DNA of 64,000 nucleotides from an uncultured Chlamydiales bacterium (GTDB lineage Bacteria; Chlamydiota; Chlamydiia; Chlamydiales; Rhabdochlamydiaceae): NCBI GenBank assembly GCA_963700985.1, contig OY969554.1, positions 480,001 to 544,000 of the forward strand, read 5' to 3'. Shown piece by piece: positions 60,204 to 64,000 of this stretch (position 1 is its first letter; each line of letters starts with the position of its first letter). The notes under the pieces were generated by a model. It saw only the letters and a program-made list of their open reading frames with translations, ran no database searches and was not told where the DNA came from. The position numbers and the translations under genes were made by a program.

Positions 60204-60789
60204 CGCTAAAAAAATCTACCTAATCCGCCATGGCGAAACGGAGTGGACTCTCTCTGGCCAACATACAGGCCTGACAGATAAACCACTTACCGAACAAGGC
60301 AAGCGCGAAGCTGTTGCCTTACATAGACATCTAAAACACATTCCCTTTGCCAAGATCTGGAGTAGCCCGCTTAAACGCGCATTGGAAACCAGCCATTTGG
60401 CAGGCTTCTCAAAACAAGTCGAAATAGACCCTGATCTAGTGGAATGGAATTATGGAGACTATGAAGGCTTGACTTCAGAAGAGATCCACAAGCAAAAACC
60501 GCATTGGGAGCTGTTTAAAGATGGCGTGCCAAATGGGGAAAGTTTTGAAGAGATCTCCGCCCGTGCTGATCGCGTGCTGCAAAAAATTGCAAAAACTGAA
60601 GGCGAAGTAGCTATTTTTTCTTCTGGGCATTTTCTGCGTGTTTTAGCAGCGCGCTTTCTCGGTCTTCCAGTTTCAGCTGGTAGATCTTTTTCGCTCTTCC
60701 CTGCTTCCATTTCAATATTGAGTTATGATAGAAAGGATCCTGTCGTTCTATTATGGAATTTGAACATATTTTTAAAATCTCTGGAGTAA
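60190..60789 (+). CDS. Histidine phosphatase (phosphoglycerate mutase family)
   Basis: LIRHGETEW, SSPLKRA, EWNYGDYEG. Confidence 0.9.
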   Translation: MLKNSAKKIYLIRHGETEWTLSGQHTGLTDKPLTEQGKREAVALHRHLKHIPFAKIWSSPLKRALETSHLAGFSKQVEIDPDLVEWNYGDYEGLTSEEIHKQKPHWELFKDGVPNGESFEEISARADRVLQKIAKTEGEVAIFSSGHFLRVLAARFLGLPVSAGRSFSLFPASISILSYDRKDPVVLLWNLNIFLKSLE

Positions 60790-60792
60790 GCT

Positions 60793-61119
60793 ATGTCGAT
60801 CGCTTGGTTATTTCTGTTTCTGGCCGGATTCTTTGAGATCTGCTTTACAATTGCTCTGAAATATAGCCAGGGATTTACCAAGCTCGTTCCAAGCTTAATT
60901 ACCGTCTTCTTCATCGTGCTCAGCTTCTTTTCCGTCTCTCAAGCCATGAAAAGCATTCCTATCGGAACCGCTTATGCGGTCTGGGCTGGAATCGGCGCTG
61001 CTGGTACGGTAACTTGCGGAATCATCTTTTTTGGTGACTCATATCACATCGTGCGCCTACTCTCTATAGTTCTAATTATCATAGGAATCATCGGGCTGAA
61101 ATTAGCTCATGTTGATTAA
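60793..61119 (+). CDS. SMR-family small multidrug/guanidinium exporter (SugE/Gdx-like)
   Basis: W..L.LAG.FE, IPIGTAYAVWAGIG. Confidence 0.88.
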   Translation: MSIAWLFLFLAGFFEICFTIALKYSQGFTKLVPSLITVFFIVLSFFSVSQAMKSIPIGTAYAVWAGIGAAGTVTCGIIFFGDSYHIVRLLSIVLIIIGIIGLKLAHVD

Positions 61120-61125
61120 GAACGC

Positions 61126-61971
61126 ATGCTGTTTTTCATCTGTTTTTGCTTAGCACTCGCTTTTGCTTTGCGTGCATTTTTACTCGCACTTTTGGAACAG
61201 CGTGGAAACTTTTCACGCGTCGTTCAAGCTCTTTTCTTTTTTCTTTTTATTGCGTGTGCTCTGCTATTTTTAAAGCCCAAAGATCTTTTCAGCGAATTCT
61301 GGCCAGATAAAGCCTCAATTCTGGGTGCATCAATATGCATAACCATCTTTTTTAGCATTCTGCGCATAAAACGCGGACCGCGCCATCTGCTTTTTAAAAG
61401 CTTTGCTCTTTGTGCTCTACTTTCGCTCTTTTCACTCTCACTTGCTTTGCAGGGCTTTTTGCGTGTAGCTCAAGACGCACCGCTGGCCAAAGTTGTTATT
61501 CCTGGTTTGCACGCTCACTCTGCTAGCTTGTCTACCCACTTGGTCAAAATCCAATCTTTAAAAGGCGATCTTTTAGCAGAACAATATGTGCATGGAGATT
61601 TAGTGGGAATACGCACACGAGTCATACGCGTTAAGCCCTTTTTTGCCTTCATGGGCCTCACTAATTTATGCAAAATTGAGCTGCTGCATAGCGGCTATCT
61701 GAATTCAGCTGAAATGAATAAAGGTACGCATGACGCTCAAGAGCTTTCTTTCACACATCAAAAAAAGTTCTCTCCATTGCTCGATAAACTCTGGGAGAAA
61801 ATTTTTTTTGAAAAGGCCAGCGCTTTCTGGATTAAAAGCGCCAACTTGCAATCTAACTATTTCCCGCTGGTGGATAAAAAAGGCAAGCCCTATCAAGGCG
61901 CTTTTCTGCTTACGTTGAGCTCCTCTGGCGTTTCTTCTCTTGCTCTTTCAGATGAGATCTCATTAAGATAA
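61126..61971 (+). CDS. Hypothetical membrane protein
   Basis: Four N-terminal hydrophobic segments. Confidence 0.65.
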   Translation: MLFFICFCLALAFALRAFLLALLEQRGNFSRVVQALFFFLFIACALLFLKPKDLFSEFWPDKASILGASICITIFFSILRIKRGPRHLLFKSFALCALLSLFSLSLALQGFLRVAQDAPLAKVVIPGLHAHSASLSTHLVKIQSLKGDLLAEQYVHGDLVGIRTRVIRVKPFFAFMGLTNLCKIELLHSGYLNSAEMNKGTHDAQELSFTHQKKFSPLLDKLWEKIFFEKASAFWIKSANLQSNYFPLVDKKGKPYQGAFLLTLSSSGVSSLALSDEISLR

Positions 61972-61990
61972 TCCCTTAATTTTAGAATTC

Positions 61991-62137
61991 CACCACAGAG
62001 GCACAGAGAACACAGAGTTAAGAAAAAAAATGACACCTTTCATCGGCGAAGCCGAAGAGATCTTGTTTTTTCGCTTCACTTGCGAAAAAGCAAGATCTCT
62101 TTCTTCCCCTCTGTGTTCTCTGTGTCTCTGTGGTTAA
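61991..62137. repeat. Palindromic intergenic element family A, copy 2
   Basis: CCACAGAGGCACAGAGAACACAGAG...CTCTGTGTTCTCTGTGTCTCTGTGG with the same internal TCGCTTCACTTGCGA hairpin as copy 1. Confidence 0.85.
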
Positions 62138-62162
62138 ATTTCTTATTAATATGGAGCACTAA

Positions 62163-63350
62163 ATGCAAGTCATGAAATCCTTGGGCCACTTAATGGGTGG
62201 TACTCTTCTCGTAACAGGCACAAGCTTAGGTGTGGGAATGTTAGCCCTCCCTGTCGCTACCGCAGAAGGAGGATTCTTTCCAGCTCTCTTGATCTATTTG
62301 GTTTGCTGGCTCTTCATGTTAGGCACCGGTCTTCTTATCCTCGAAGCGTGCATCTGGATGCCAAAAGATGCCAACCTTATTACCCTTTCGCACCATCTTC
62401 TGGGCAGAACTGGCAAAATCGCCTGCTGGATCCTCTACCTCTTTCTATTTTTCTGTTTAATGGTAGCGCATCTTGCCGGAGGAGGCAGCGTCCTGCAACA
62501 GCTCATGGGAACCTCGGGAGCTCCTTGGAGCAGCATTTTGCTCTATCTTATTCTCTTCGCTCCGGTGGTCTACCTTGGAACGCGTTGGGTGGATCGGCTG
62601 AATTTATTACTCATGGCCGGTGCTATCTTGACCTTTTTGGTCTTTGTCACAGCTTCATTTTCCCATATTGAGGTAAACAAGCTGCTTTCTGCGAATTGGA
62701 CGCGGGCTTGGGGTGCGCTGCCGATTGTTTTTACTGCATTTGGATACCAGAGTCTTATTCCCACCCTCATGAGCTACATGAACCGTGAAGTGAAAAAGGT
62801 GCGCCTGGCCATCATCATCGGCACATCGATTCCTTTTCTCATTTATGTGATCTGGGAGATGCTAATTTTAGGGATTATCCCATTAGAAGGCATTGGCGGG
62901 CTGAAGGAAGCCTTGCAACAAGGTCAAAATGCTGTCCACCCATTAGGCGCTTTTATCCAAAATCCCACACTTATTACTGTTGGACAAGCGTTTGCCTTCT
63001 TTGTTCTCACCACCTCTTATATTGGAATTGCCATCGCTTTTGTGGACTTCTTGGCTGATGGTTTTAAAGTTCCTAACCGAGGCTGGTATAAAGTGGGTAT
63101 CTGCGGAGTCATCTTTGTCATTCCCACACTGATCGCTTTAGTCGATCCAACCATCTTCTTGCAGGCCTTAAATTACGCAGGGGGAATTGGCGTAGCTCTC
63201 CTACTTGGAGCATTACCTATCTTGATGGTCTGGAATGGAAGATATAAACAAGGACTGACATTAAAACATCAGCAGCTGCCAGGTGGCAAGCTACTGCTGT
63301 CTCTGATGTTGCTCTTCATTGTGATCGAGCTGTTAATTACTCTCTGTTAG
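62163..63350 (+). CDS. tyrP: Aromatic amino acid permease (TyrP/Mtr family)
   Basis: GGTLLVTGTSLGVGMLALP, AFGYQSLIPTL, TTSYIG. Confidence 0.85.
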   Translation: MQVMKSLGHLMGGTLLVTGTSLGVGMLALPVATAEGGFFPALLIYLVCWLFMLGTGLLILEACIWMPKDANLITLSHHLLGRTGKIACWILYLFLFFCLMVAHLAGGGSVLQQLMGTSGAPWSSILLYLILFAPVVYLGTRWVDRLNLLLMAGAILTFLVFVTASFSHIEVNKLLSANWTRAWGALPIVFTAFGYQSLIPTLMSYMNREVKKVRLAIIIGTSIPFLIYVIWEMLILGIIPLEGIGGLKEALQQGQNAVHPLGAFIQNPTLITVGQAFAFFVLTTSYIGIAIAFVDFLADGFKVPNRGWYKVGICGVIFVIPTLIALVDPTIFLQALNYAGGIGVALLLGALPILMVWNGRYKQGLTLKHQQLPGGKLLLSLMLLFIVIELLITLC

Positions 63351-64000
63351 TAAGACAAGCCGTGTAATCATCTATGCCGATCAAAAGACCGCCCTGTTCA
63401 CTCAGCTGATCATTTAAGGCAGATAGAGCTTTTTTATGTGCTTCATGATCAGTCAGGCCGATTGCCGTAATTAGATCAACCTGTGCATCAGCTGTGTGGG
63501 CTGGGAAAGTGACCTGCACTCCCCTTTCGGCCGCAAGCTTTGAAACGAGCGCTTTGAACTTTACAAATTGCGCTTCATCAGCGGCAATTTGGGAGATCTC
63601 AATTTTGCTAAAACCGATATGCATCAAATGCATCACGTTTAAAAAGCTCTGAAGCATACCAGCATCTTCATAACTAAGAAGACGAATGGTATCGGTACGT
63701 GAAAAACGATTGGCGATAGAAGAGAACTCGCCTCCCAGCCAATCTCTAGATGCGGACCATAAGTTAAAGTTACCCTCTGCTTTTTCAGTCAGTCCAAATA
63801 GTTGATAATTACCTTCTTCTTCGACTAAGCAGTCATTAATATTGTTCACCACATGCTGGAAAATGGCATTACATTTGGTGTTAGGATGCTCTGCTGCCAC
63901 TTGCTTTAATGTTTCGTGTTCAAGGAGTCGATTGAAAAGATTTGTATAGTCAGTGTCGACTGCGCGTTCAGCTGCATTTTTTCCAGTAAATAAGGCGATG
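63337..64000 (-). CDS. Partial hypothetical protein (5' end outside the window)
   Basis: Reading frame appears open from the window end to the TAA at 63337. Confidence 0.6.
   Translation of the reverse strand, partial: IALFTGKNAAERAVDTDYTNLFNRLLEHETLKQVAAEHPNTKCNAIFQHVVNNINDCLVEEEGNYQLFGLTEKAEGNFNLWSASRDWLGGEFSSIANRFSRTDTIRLLSYEDAGMLQSFLNVMHLMHIGFSKIEISQIAADEAQFVKFKALVSKLAAERGVQVTFPAHTADAQVDLITAIGLTDHEAHKKALSALNDQLSEQGGLLIGIDDYTACLTNRE

Noticed and set aside
693-62770. Numerous short antisense or alternate-frame ORFs in the ORF track
   Set aside because: They lie within well-supported genes and have no recognisable motifs

Overview
64 kb of a bacterial chromosome, almost certainly an environmental member of the Chlamydiota. 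Evidence: leuS-waaA(gseA) and smpB-dnaN-recF gene order, an Npt/Tlc-type nucleotide transporter, SET-domain proteins, TyrP, and many F-box/LRR/Sel1 effector-like genes. Housekeeping genes (trmB, pgi, recF, dnaN, smpB, leuS, waaA, cydAB, malic enzyme, tpx, aconitase, FKBP, pseudouridine synthase, three tRNAs) alternate with lineage-specific accessory genes. Main observations: (1) an expanding array of about seven paralogs with a Cys-studded amphipathic helix, including a recent chimeric ~700 bp tandem duplication; (2) an effector-like cluster around a probable dif site (M4 protease, Sel1, F-box/LRR proteins, one ending in a CaaX box, and a YopT-like protease); (3) two SET-domain genes overlapping head-to-head; (4) a 124-bp structured tandem repeat starting in the 3' end of tRNA-Met; (5) several unrelated families of palindromic intergenic elements built from 8-10 nt subrepeats, plus a MITE; (6) a type III PKS / membrane protein / O-methyltransferase operon; (7) three genes each interrupted by a single clean in-frame stop. 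All family assignments come from motif recognition by eye; no database searches or computations were run.
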